Of a stretch of DNA of 64,000 nt, positions 38,457 to 50,669 are shown piece after piece. Every line of letters starts with the position of its first letter. Within the stretch, counting starts at the first letter, position 1. The stretch comes from Paraphysomonas bandaiensis (taxonomy: Eukaryota > Protista > Chrysophyceae). The position numbers and the translations under genes are program-made. Where the stretch lies: positions 1 to 64,000 of the forward strand of contig CBFFRP010000149.1 in NCBI GenBank assembly GCA_965644295.1, given 5' to 3'. Below the pieces are notes generated by a model. That model saw only the letters and a program-made list of their open reading frames with translations, did not search any database and was not told the origin of the DNA.

Positions 38457-38883
38457 CGCCCAGAGAGATTGATGACATAACTCCACTTATAGTCCAAATG
38501 AACGGAATGAGTGATCGCATGTCTCGATACCTCAAATATGAATATAGGATCAACTAGATCAATGAGAGTTTTAATAGAAGCGACTATATCTCCTGACAGA
38601 GTGACGAGGATAAATTAGTAGAAGCAAGTTAATATTAAGGTGGATACTCTGGATGTCGTGAGTGTATCCCATGTATGGGATACTTCAACCACACTGGACA
38701 AGCACATCCGTGCATGTGTATACGGTATATACTCTGGCACATACACTGTAGATATCTTGATATCCATACACCTTGGAATTCCTACTTTCTTTGATGCTCG
38801 GATAATATTCCTACGACCTGTACAGTGTACTAGCTCAAGTGGGTGCCCCCGCCAAAAAATCTAGGATTTTCGAGATCTGATTA

Positions 38884-41305
38884 GGGTGGGTCTTATTTAG
38901 GAATACTGAATTTCTGAATACTGAATACTGAAAATTCAGTGATTTTGGTTTTCAGGGGTGAAATTCAGTGGTAGACGCAGTGTCTTATTAGTGATCACTG
39001 AATATGATAACTGAAATCTCTTTTTTTTCGAAATTTGAATACACAATTCCATGAATGCATATATATCACATCTGAACACAACATTAAGACCTGATATCAC
39101 CCATTTCCGTTGGTTGAGATGCCGCCCAAAGCATCTTCACAACTTCTGTAAGGGTAATTATCCCTTCACCACTTTGGCATACCAAGCAGTGGTAGACCAT
39201 AACCGCAGAATAATGTTCATATCTTTCCTCTACGATGGACGCGAGTGCGACTAGACAATTACAGTCGAAGACGAATTCACGTATGACGTGATGATGGGAA
39301 AGCTGAAGGAAGCGGAGTTCGACTTATACAATGAGAACGGTGACCTCATGAGATGCAAAGGAGGGTACTTCATAGTAGACGGAGGTTACCAGAAATACCC
39401 ATGTTTTGTGGATCCAATGCACAGTCCTACTGGACATCACGAAGTACATTGGTCGGAGTTTTTGGAGTCAGTAAGGAAGGACGTTGAATGTACCTTTGGG
39501 ATCTTGAAAGCAAGATTTCGGTATTTGCGAAATGGACTGAAATGGAAAAGTGTAAAATATACGGGGTGGTCTCCTCGTACCCTCCGAATTAACATTAGAT
39601 TGATCGGCCCTGAGATTGTGGCGCCCTTGCAACGCCATTTACCTGTATGCACAGATGGAAACTGTATGGATGTGCTGGTTGCCGATTACACGCTTACTGT
39701 GCCAGGGCAATATAATCTCAATAAAGAATTGATCTTTATAATAGTAAAACAGTGTTGTGATTATAAGAGTGTAAGTAATGAGCACGATAGAGTGAAAATT
39801 ATGAATAACAATATAGAACGTAGCTATCATGCACAACGGAATAGTTAGAAGTGTAACTGATAATGACGACGTTATGATGACGATCACGTATCTTCGACAG
39901 ATATTTCATTGAACATTATAACTCACAGATACAATCATGTATTAAGCTGAATCCTAATAATCTCGAGGCTAGGATGATGTGGTTCTATCCCAATGCGCTT
40001 TTCAACTGGACCCCTGCAGAAGTAAAGAAGGGAATCAATAGCTGGTATGCGTTGATACTGAGTTGATACTTCCACGATCGAAGGCATGCAGTTCAATCCC
40101 TGGAGTAGAAGAGACTACGATAGGACCAGAAAAGCATTGGTCACGCACTTCAGGTTTCAGTGGCAATATGGCCAGCTTGATTGGCCAAAAAGATTTGGAG
40201 GAAAGGCTAAAGAGCTCCATCCAATGAACCGTATACAAAATGCAGTGTTGGATAGAATGTACCCAAGCGTAACATGAGTGTGCATAGAAGAAGAATGTGC
40301 AATTAGATTTTCTATGAACTAATAATTCCATATATTAATTACTTTCACTTCCAAGTTCGATAATCTCAGCTTTTCATATACAAGTTTGATAAGTCCTCAT
40401 ACAAATATTTACTTTTATGGTTTCAAGTTCTCGTTTACTTTTATGGTGCGGGCGATTTTTCGGCACTCTTCGCTATCACCATCATAATCATCCTCAGTAG
40501 TCAGGCCTTTATGTGTAATAACTACGTTTGTAGTTATGGATTCCTTGGATGTAGGAGTAGGCTTCGAACTTTAAGTAGACGGAGTATGGAAGGCGTCGTC
40601 TACGGCGTGCCGGGCTTTCTTATTGAAGCTTTGTCGTAAATCCTTCACATTATCAATTGATAATCCTTTTCGCTTCTTTCCTTGGGTTAAGGAATAAGAG
40701 TTCAAAGCTCTATATTCTACTGGTTTCCCAAGAAGAATAAAAGTGGAGTTGCTTCCTCGGTCACAGTGTTCCCGGCTATTCCACTGACCAGACAGAACAG
40801 TTGCTGTATAAACAAACACTACTTATTCCAACTGTACAAATAATATGATATGTACCTTGGCCAAAGCACCCTTGGTATTCCCTTTCAGCTGCTTTATCAA
40901 TTCCTCCACTGCTGGGTAGTCCTTATCGACCTTCAAAATGTCAAGATGAAGGACCTGCTCCTCCTCTTTGTTGTCTAATTCTTTCTCCTCCTCGGAATGT
41001 TCCGGTTCACGATCACTGGTACTCATATTTCTTAATTATAGTGATATATAAGGTACTTTAAAGTGCATATATTGTGTGTATATTTCAGTAAAGAAATTCA
41101 GTATTCAGTGCTCCGACCTCTCACTGAAAAAGCATTTTCAGGTGGATTTTTATTCAGTGATCGACACTGAATACTGAATTTTATCGCTATATTCAGTGTT
41201 CAGAATTCAGTTTTGCTTAATAAGCCACCAAAAAAGCCATTTTTGACCACTGAATTTTCAGAATTCAGTATTCAGAAATTCAGTTTTCCTAAATAAGACC
41301 CACCC
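38884..41305 (+). mobile_element. PIF/Harbinger DNA transposon, defective
   Basis: TIR gggtgggtcttatttaggaa / ttcctaaataagacccaccc with TTA on both sides. Subterminal actgaa/ttcagt arrays. Transposase remnant YQAVVDH...FIVDGGY...ESVRKDVECTFGILKARF at 39100-39540. Convergent second ORF remnant at 40571-41026. Confidence 0.93.
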
Positions 41306-41548
41306 TTAGTTTATAATGCTTTCGAAACATCAATTGGGTACGGCGTAATCGTGCACCGACTTCCCAATGATAGCAATACATATACTGCTGTGCTGAGTAG
41401 AATTCTTCGGTCGCACCGACAAATTCTTAGATACTATTCCTGTTCTTGTAGACACAGTGCATACAACTTTAATTAGTATTGCAGGGATCTGTTGAGGTGG
41501 AGAGAAGGTACCTACGTGGTAACCATGGATAAATAAAACACAAGTGCT

Positions 41549-42717
41549 ATGAAATGCTTATACTCCTCGTTGGTGATACTACTGGTACTGCAACAGCCAG
41601 GTGATACTTATAATTGAAATAAACTATCCATATTGTATGTGGTAATTGTGCTGTATTTCGCGAAGGGAGTTCTATAGCCGTTCCACAGTTGATGGAGTTC
41701 TCCAACACGAGCAGCAAGTGCTACGGTGCTGTTGATTTCAAGAAGTATGGTCATTATTGCAAAAATATTCCTAAATATCCAAGATTGCAGACACTTAAAG
41801 TATCAGATTCAAGAATTTTATTGAAGATCATTAGTATTGGTCCCGGAACCACAGGAACCCGAACTATATACTCTGCACTGTGTAGTGTACTGCATATAAG
41901 GGCGTGGCATTACAACAGCTTATGCAAAGAAGTAGAGAGCGCTGACTTTAAAGTTGTAAAAAGAATGAATGGCGATGTTGAGTATTTTGAAACTCCACGT
42001 TCAGGTCTTTTGAAGATTACTGACGCCCTGATGGCCATCCGAAGATCTGCACCAGCCATTGTAGACACACCTGCCTCAGAGTTGTTTATTGACCTATCTC
42101 TCTCCACGCCCAATGCTGCGATCATATTATCTATGAGAGATCCTAAAGAATGGGCCCTAAGGCGGGCTACGATACATGCACATGAAACTGTGATATGCGA
42201 CAGGAAACTGTGGGACCTTCCTGGAGTTCTTCACCCATTTGACTTTGTGGGTTGTCTTCAATCTTGTCGCTCATGTTCCCGCCCTCTTGTTTCACTTCAT
42301 GAGTACATTTACGGACAGCCTTTTAGTAAGTTTCATAAAATTGATCGTACAGATATTACACCTGCGGTGGCAGTCCGTCTCAAGACATTAGAAGAAGCAT
42401 ACGTCCGAATGAACACTGTCCATGCCTGCCTTGCCTCGAAGAGAGATTTTTTACCTGTATGTCTTTGGGACATTCAGAATTTCACGATAGAGTCATTCGC
42501 GGAGAACTTACGGCAGTTTATCTTGGGTTCTCATATTTCTCCTTCTTTTTCGGGTTTGACTGTACATGAGTATCCACCAGACTTTCTCATACCTCAGAAG
42601 ACACGAATCAAGCATTATAAGAATCGCCTGACCCATAGTAGTAATCGCACCAAAGTGGTTATAGGTGCAACTGAAGGGCGACCGACCGCAATAAGTGTAA
42701 CCGCGAGGCCTAAATAG
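41549..42717 (+). CDS. Sulfotransferase-family P-loop protein with signal peptide or anchor
   Basis: Exon 1 MKCLYSSLVILLVLQQP splices in frame via intron 41601-41677. LKIISIGPGTTGTRTI, DTP and PNAAIILSMRDPKEW are Sulfotransfer_4-type motifs. Confidence 0.75.
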
Positions 42718-43532
42718 TGCACGCATGTGTGAAAGTTGCTACAGTATTGTTGGAATTGGTGAGTTTTTTATCTTATTTTAAAAAACAGGGGAGGGGGAGA
42801 AGGCGAGCCTTTTTTACTCCCGGCCTCCAATGGGGTTTCTCTCCTTTATAATTTTATTTACACCCAACTGGGTGATAATTTTGTCGTCTACTTTTAACGC
42901 TTTGGTTCGTTTATGTTTTCAAACCTGTGTTGCTGAATGGTGAAAACAGAAAATGTGTTTTATCAAGCTATTTTAACAGTAACCGTATCTGAATGTATGG
43001 ACTCAGCAATTCTTCGTCGATTTCGTCAAATTATCGTTTGATGTGATGGTTGGTATTTGTGAATGTAATCAACAGAAGTAGTTGCTTCTGAGTTCTATCA
43101 GGTAAATAACACTACGAGTTTGCTCTATGAAAGAAAGCTATACATTAGAGGTTTCAGCAATGTTCATTTCTACGTAAACTATTTCCAAGTATTAGTGCTC
43201 AGGCCTGGAACCATTAATGGGTGATCAGTTCCCGGCAATTATAATGGACATTAATGCCTAACTACGTAATATCGATCATAATAGATAGAGTGTTCCCCCC
43301 TTAACTACTAATTACGTTAAATAACAAACTACAAATCGTAACTACACATCATCACTCTTTTGCGCTTCACTGGCACACCAGGATCTTCTTGCATTCCATA
43401 TCCTACGAAATGTAATTGGCTTGCAGGAATAGCAACGATTCTAAATGATATGGTTTCATGTCTCAAAGCTCCGGGGTCATAATCAACTTTGCATAGCTTA
43501 ACGAGCCTCTTAACAACTTTATACGAAGCAAG

Positions 43533-44044
43533 TTCCCTCAACAAAGTCGGACTCGCACCTTTTCGTGGTGTTCTGGGAGATAAGTACCGGAGAGATTATC
43601 TCTGGGAAACTAACGTGAGCTGCAATCATAGTCAGCAGATATTTTTCTGCCCACTCATAGCCGAATGCTTGTGTGATACAAGGGACACCAATAAGTGTCA
43701 CTTGTGTAGACGTCTTTGAGCCCTGACGAATAAACAGGCATCCGGGAATGAGCCCACCTCAAGGGCATCCGGGACAGGGCCCACCTCAAGGGTAACCGGG
43801 GTATTGGGCTGCCTGCTGAAGTCAAGCATCCGGGATGTTCACCTTAAGAACTCAGAACGGAAGTGGTTCCACCTTGGTGCTTGCGGCGACGCACAAGCAG
43901 CTTCCGTAGCGTTAAATAGTAGGATAAAAAAAAGTGTGTACTGATTAGTTACAGGTAGAGGTCTAACTACTGTATCTAGCATTCATCTAGCTACTAAGTT
44001 GGTGCAGGTTTTTAACGCCTATTGCTAATAATAAGACTTTCAAT
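43533..44044 (+). mobile_element. Full-length ~510-bp non-autonomous retroposon (SINE-like)
   Basis: Interrupts the hAT ORF. 12-bp TSD atacgaagcaag (43521-43532) / atatgaagcaag (44045-44056). The uninterrupted site is visible at ~45378. Confidence 0.88.
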
Positions 44045-44963
44045 ATATGAAGCAAGCTGCGGTAGTTGGACCCATAGGTTCTAAGTCTAACTCACTTTTG
44101 ATGGCCTCGGCGCAGTCAAGAACACGCTGTGCCATGTCAGTTATCTCACTTTCGTCGTTAATCCAGTTGCAGATGTCAAGCCGCTCTTTTCTCATTGCCT
44201 GTCAATTCTCTTTCATCGTTTCCTTGAATTTTAGTTTTTTTCATCTTTTGCATTTTAGGCGATCATTGCACAACAAACCCAAAGATACAGAGGATTTTCC
44301 GAATTCACTCGGAAGAAGAATCTGTAAATTACACTGCCAACAATTTTGTTTGCCCCATCATCATCGTTCATTACAATTGTAAAACGATTTTGCTGTGAAG
44401 TAAGCTTCTTCCTAACTTGGAATACTTTTTATTTCAGAATGGTTTCTTAGGCATGGTTGGGGTTATTGGTCTCTTATCATCATTAAAGGAAGTAAACTCT
44501 TTCATTAAACAAGAGTAATAAAGCGCAATGATTATCATCACTAAGTAATAGAGTTATTCATATTTTTCTTTTCATTATAATATATGGAGAAGTAAATAAA
44601 AATATGAAGTTTGCAAGCACTACATCGTAATGTATGTGGGTTGATGGTTGGTGGAGGATGAATAATATAATAATTTGGCAGCCGCTTATTCCGTTCTATA
44701 ATAATGTGTTGCATTGTGAGTTGCACGGGTCCCAAACATATATATAATAATATGTCGTACATAAAACAATAAAAGTTTTAGTTGCAAACACCACGAGGCA
44801 GGCACTTCAATTGGCGAGTATGTCGTTGCCCACGATTCTATATTCTAACACTTATAGAATTAAGATTGTCACTGATACGCGCAAAGATGCCATGAACATT
44901 GTCTAGAGTTTATTCAGAGAATAGAGGAGATTCTATATCGTAAAAACACTTAATTCTTTATAG

Positions 44964-46567
44964 CAGGGCCTGATAACCATTAATGGCCCATTATAATGGT
45001 AGTCCAGTTCCCGGCAATTATAATGGCATTAATGAAAAATGTCCCGGCAATTATAATGGCCATAATGGCCATTAATACCTAACTACTAACTTAAAGTAGA
45101 TAGCACCACTCATATATGATAGATAGTGTTGCGCTCCCTTAATTACTAATTTTTAATTAAATAGCAGACTACAAATTTTAACTACTTCTCGCTCTCTACT
45201 AGCACATCAGGATCTTCTTGCAGGGCTTTATGGAGGGTATAAACATCCCACAACATGTAATTGGCTCGAAGGAATAGCAACGATTCTAGACAATATGGAT
45301 TCATGTTTCTACGCTCAGGTGTCATAATCAACTTTGCATGACTAAAGAGCCTCTCAACAGCATTAGATTGTGCTTTAATATGAAGCAAGCAGCGGTAGTT
45401 GGACTCATAGGTACCAAGTCGAGCTCTCTTGGTGACCTCGGTGCTGTCCAGAACACGCTGTGCAAAATCAGTTCCTTCACTCTCGTCCTCGTTATTTCTG
45501 TCGGGTACACCAACCTCCATGGATGAATCCAGTTGCAGATCTCTAACTGCTCTTCTCTCATTGCCTGTCAACTCTCTTTCATCGTTCACTTGAATTTTAG
45601 CCACTATCTTCTCAAAATTTGCACTGGCAACAATGCTTGCATTCGGGGAAAGGTATGGATGCAGCTCTGGAAATTCTTGTAGCAGCATATCAAATAACTG
45701 GCGGGCTTGGTACAAATTGGTTCCATCTCTTCCGAACATACTTATTCTCCACAATAGAAAATGGTTCGTCGTTCATAGCTATCCATTCCAGCCACCGAAA
45801 TAAGGTCCTTGCAGCAGGAGCTACTTTCTTTCTTACAAAAGACAATATATCGCCCCCGTGAAGTCTTTCACTTCCCAAAATTCTCTCGAGTTCCTCTCGC
45901 CAAGAAGAAAAATCCGCATGTTTGGTGCCCTTCTTGGCTATATGATTCACACAACTCGCGTAACCTCGCTGTATATCTTATTAAAGGCGAGCATTGCACA
46001 ACGAACAAATATGATACAGTGCACTGAGAGGATTCTCTGAAACCACTCGGAAGAAGACTCTGTAAATTACACTGCCATTAATTTTTTCGGCCAACATTGC
46101 TTACTATGCTGGATGTGGGATGGTATAAAGACAGAGTTGTGTACTGTAGCTTCTTTTAACTTTTGGGGAAAAATAGTGTTTTTGTGAATGTTTCTAGGAG
46201 TGAAATATGCATATTTTCAATGATTATTTTAGAGTTATTGAGTATATGGGTACGTTGCTATGGATATCGTCAGGACACTATTCTCTAACTCTGGAATGCA
46301 TTGAGAAGATAGTGAACAAGGTTGCCACAGAGTGCCTGTAGAGTTGCATGAACATTGTTGTCTAATATTGTTTAGAGGTTCTTCGGAGTGTAGAGGAGAC
46401 ACTATATTCTACATTATCTTAATAACACTCAGTCCTATATATAGCAGTACAGGTCATTAATGGTATCCCATTAATGGCCCATTCCAGTTCCCCGCAATTA
46501 TAATAGCATTAATTAAAATTGTCCCGGCAACTATAATGGCATTACCATTAATGGTTATCAGGCCCTG
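44964..46567 (-). mobile_element. hAT internal-deletion derivative, recent insertion
   Basis: Perfect TIR cagggcctgataaccattaatgg. TSD ctttatag at 44956-44963 and 46568-46575. N-terminal WIAMNDEPFSIVEN is fused to the dimerisation motif SNAVERLFSHAKLIMTPERRNMNP. Confidence 0.95.
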
Positions 46568-47024
46568 CTTTATAGCATATATCAAGTACCAGTAAATGCC
46601 ATAAGTGCCCAGCTCCCGGGGGCAATTACAATGGAGTTACCACTAATCCACTAATGCCTTTATTTAATGGTTACCAGGCCCTGGAATAGTTGCAAGGTCA
46701 CAACATAATATATCTACCATCATACAATAGAAATATAAGATAAATTTAAAATGGAGAAACTACATTACCATTACAAGAAATTTGACGGCTTTCCGGAGAA
46801 TTTACTCCATTATTTGGAATACGATGACGGAGTGGATGGTCCTCCTCGCGTTTGGCTTGGTCATATGGATGTGCCTGGCCTTGCCATAACAAGTGTAACA
46901 CAGTTGATATGATACTTGTAAAACCATTCAGTCGTTTGGCTTTTCTATATTTCTGTGGCACTACATATTTTCACATTTTCCAATACGTAGTACAATATTT
47001 ACAAAGTGTTTGTATTTCAGTGAA

Positions 47025-47855
47025 CTACGCAGTACTAGGTTTCTCATCCTGAAGCAGTTCAATGAGGCGTACTACTTTCGCTGACGCTGCCTTTCTTATC
47101 ATAGATGATGGTCCATCTATAATCATATGGTTTCGAGAAGCAAAACAGTCTAATTTAGTTTGAATATCTATTAAAGCAGTAAGGAGGCGGTGCTTTTGCA
47201 TCCTAATATCTGGTTCATCAAGATTCTGAATTTGAAATTCGATACTATCGGCTCGAGAATGTAAATCGTTAGCTGCCTCGCGTTGCTCATATATGACATC
47301 ACTGATCCCTTTGCTATCATTTTTTTTTGTATAAGCAATGCGTGCAGCATCAATATTATTTTCAGCCACACTCAGCTCTAATAATTGTGCTTTAAAGCCA
47401 ATATTAGGTAAAGCTCGAGGGCGATTAATCTTGACGAGATCCAACGCCTCCGGGAATTGCATATTTTTTCTTGTCATCAGCCACGCACAGCATACACTCA
47501 CACTTCGCGATACTCCTGATGCACAGTGCACAAACGCAGAGCCAGTGTGCTGATTTGGGCATAACAATGACTCATCGAGGAATCTCATAGCCAACTCAAG
47601 GACAGAAAGCAGGTCGGCGTTGGGATGGTCTGCAATATCTATCACCAGATGGTGTATGTCACCAGGAAGATTAACTTCTAGTCCACCTGCAACTGTAAGC
47701 ACCCTCGTAATGTTATGTTTTCGGAGGTTCGTTATATCTCTAGCAGCACGCAGTGAGCCTACATACAAACCAGCATGCACACAACCGGCATCCCACTCTA
47801 TGTTCTCGTCACTTCCCTCTGCACGTTGCATCAAGATTTCTGTCAACTTAGACAT
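47025..47855 (-). CDS. Dual-specificity protein phosphatase with C-terminal BAG-like helical domain
   Basis: GLYVGS, DIAD, catalytic VHCASGVSRS and PNIGFKAQL. Intronless, 276 aa. Confidence 0.93.
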   Translation of the reverse strand: MSKLTEILMQRAEGSDENIEWDAGCVHAGLYVGSLRAARDITNLRKHNITRVLTVAGGLEVNLPGDIHHLVIDIADHPNADLLSVLELAMRFLDESLLCPNQHTGSAFVHCASGVSRSVSVCCAWLMTRKNMQFPEALDLVKINRPRALPNIGFKAQLLELSVAENNIDAARIAYTKKNDSKGISDVIYEQREAANDLHSRADSIEFQIQNLDEPDIRMQKHRLLTALIDIQTKLDCFASRNHMIIDGPSSMIRKAASAKVVRLIELLQDEKPSTA

Positions 47856-48108
47856 GTTATATTACTCGTGCATTACATTGTGATGAATTGGATTGGGGAT
47901 TCTCAGGAGGAAGCGTACAGGGTCGGTCAAAAAGAAAACAACAACGGTTTTTTGCGAATTTCACTTAAGCAAATGTAAAACCCCCCGATCTATGTAAAAC
48001 TAAAGGCAGGATTTTCGGGAGTTGTGTAAAATAATTTACACGAGAAAAAATGATTCTCTATTGTAGTGTGTGTGAGTTTTTGGGTTTAGCGAAACTAGAA
48101 GAACTATT

Positions 48109-48956
48109 ACACAACCTAAACTAAAAAATCCCCTGGTTTTTCACTCAAAAATGTCACAAAACTACACATTTTCAAGATAATAATCGGCATATTGTCCACA
48201 GAATCCAGAGACAGGTGTCTGTTAGTTCACTTACAGGATACGATGCGATACTTTTACAGTAATAAGAGGAACGCAGGCTGATATGATCATAACCTCACTG
48301 TAAATACATGAGCTCATAGTTCTTTCATGCCACACGCTGCTGGTTGTTGATTTAGCTGGTGAAAGGTATGGTTAAGTGGCAATCATACAGGAGAGTTGGT
48401 CTATTTCAAAGACAGAGATAGCAGAGTTGATTCCGTGACCATGACTGTCATATAACGCCAGAGGGCTCTCAGGTAATACGATAGGATGATATTGTAATAT
48501 ATTCAATTTAGTGGTTCGAAGCAGAGCATATGAATATACTCATACTGCAGAGCTGATCATCAGAGAGACTCACATAAGAATAAATCCACTTGAGTGCCAT
48601 TCTCCTCTCTGATTTGAAGGTATGTACTAATATGATTATATCATTTATAGATACTTTCTCATAGTGTCCTGTGCGTATTGATGTATATGAAGATACTGTG
48701 TGTGTGTTGGAGCATGTCAATCATTGTTGGCGTGCAGCATAATCTGCGGAGCCGTATGAACTCGATTGTCATGTAACACCAGCGGAGTCTTAGGGTAACG
48801 TTCTTAAATTATGTTGTGAAAATATTTAATTTAGAAATTTTGATTCTATGATACAGAGCATATGAAGAAAATTACGCTTCAGAGTTTGATAATAGAGAGA
48901 CCCACGCAAGAATCACTTCAGTTGAGTATGTATATACTAATATGAATGTAAGATAT
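48109..48956 (+). repeat. Dispersed ~850-bp repeat, copy 2
   Basis: Near-identical to 28788-29635. Confidence 0.9.
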
Positions 48957-49470
48957 TGGTAAACGTCTGTTTATATCTACAGTATACCGGTACACTACTC
49001 GCTCGATTTGCTTTTATTCGAAGTGTCATTTTTTTCTTCATTTTTTCATCTGAGTTGGAGGATTCGGATTTTCACATACATACAGTATCTATTCATTTGA
49101 AATCATCATATATTGCCACTCCTATTATAATTAATAGACCAATACATAAGAGTGGATGCTTCCAGTGGTTAGTCACATCAACACTGATATCTGGTTGAAA
49201 TATCAAATGATGAAGAGTAAGAGGGATGTGTTACTGGTCTTCTAACCAGGTGATGTGCTGAGAGTTGCGGTCACTTCCTGTAAGCTCATTACTTGTATTT
49301 TGGGGGAGATAGTCATTCAACTGATATGTAGGCAATAGCGAGTCTTGCATGGACCGGCCTTACTTCATTATTGGTCCCATTCATGGTGTATTTACGGAGA
49401 TAATCGCCTAGCTGTGGTTGAAGAATGTGAGAGTTCTCATTGCAGTCGATATTGAAGCTTCCAGCAGAGG

Positions 49471-49817
49471 TATTGAAAGTCTTATTATTAGCGATAGGCG
49501 TTAAAAACCTGCACCAACTTAGTAGCTAGATGAATGCTAGACAAACTAGTTAGACCTCTACCTGTAACTAATCAGTACACACTTTTTTATCCTACTATTT
49601 AACGCTACGGAAGCTGCTTGTGTGTCGCCGCAAGCACCAAGGTGTGACCACTTCCGCTCTGAGTTCTTAAGGTGAACATCCCGGATGCTTGACTTCAGCA
49701 GGCAGCCCAATACCCCGGTTACCCTTGAGGTGGGCCCTGTCCCGGATGCCCTTGAGGTGGGCCCATTCCCGGATGCCTGTTAATTCGTCAAAGACGTCTC
49801 CACAAGTGACACTTATT
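49471..49817 (-). mobile_element. 5'-truncated retroposon copy
   Basis: Reverse complement of ~43690-44045. Confidence 0.85.
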
Positions 49818-50669
49818 ACTCCGTAGAGTACGCTGGACTATATGAGTGGTATATGAGGTGTATGTTTTCTGTGTGCTCTACATACAACACACAGAACACT
49901 CAAGACGTGCTATATACGTTTAGTATGTTATCACTCTGTAACCTTTTAATATGCGCATATTATGCGCTGTTGAGTAAGAATTTTAGTAAGAATGTTGAGT
50001 GCTTGATCCCTGGTATATAGTTTGTACAGCTAATTTATAATTTTACTACTACATCAGTGCATAATATAGCACTGCTAAAAACGCCTTTAATTAGATCTCT
50101 AGTCTTTTTGATTAATAGCATGCGTATAATTATCGCGAGCTAGAATATAATATTAAATATGAAAAATTCAGAATTGGACACAGAAAGGTTGATGCAGTCC
50201 TCCCAGAAATTGAACAAGCGAAAGTTGAGACATCAAGGTAACTATGAGTAAGGCTCTACCATTTTCCCCTCCGGACGATTTCATCAAGCTTCGAGAGAAT
50301 AGTGATGCAAAATCTCTAAATTCAGTATGAGAGTTTATATTAGCGTTTTCCGTGGTCACTTCGGTCAAGTAATATACGTTTTGCAGATTACATACGCGCT
50401 TAGTACACTACAAAAGTATACGTCACCTTAGAAGATCCGTCATCTTAGCAGAGATGTTTTGCTGTTTCTAGTACAGAGGTCCAAAACTTGATGCACAATA
50501 TACATGATTTCAATCCTAAAGTGATCAACTTTATGTCTCTGTGGAATATATATCATCTAGTTGATCGCTATATAGAACCTTATATTATTATCTCTATCTA
50601 TAATCGCGAACTGCATCCAATCAACATTACAACGCTTTATCAAACGCATGTGTCTGCACAAATGACACC

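Larger units (their letters stand above)
43200..46683 (-). mobile_element. Older hAT copy hosting a retroposon and a younger hAT of the same family
   Basis: Degenerate ends caggcctggaaccattaatgg and tttaatggttaccaggccctg. 43300-44345 is homologous to 45140-46080. No matching TSD found. Confidence 0.7.

Noticed and set aside
43720-43770. Hammerhead ribozyme core (ctgacga / ctgatga) in the retroposon
   Set aside because: There is no stem II followed by GAAA, and no matching cleavage-site helix.
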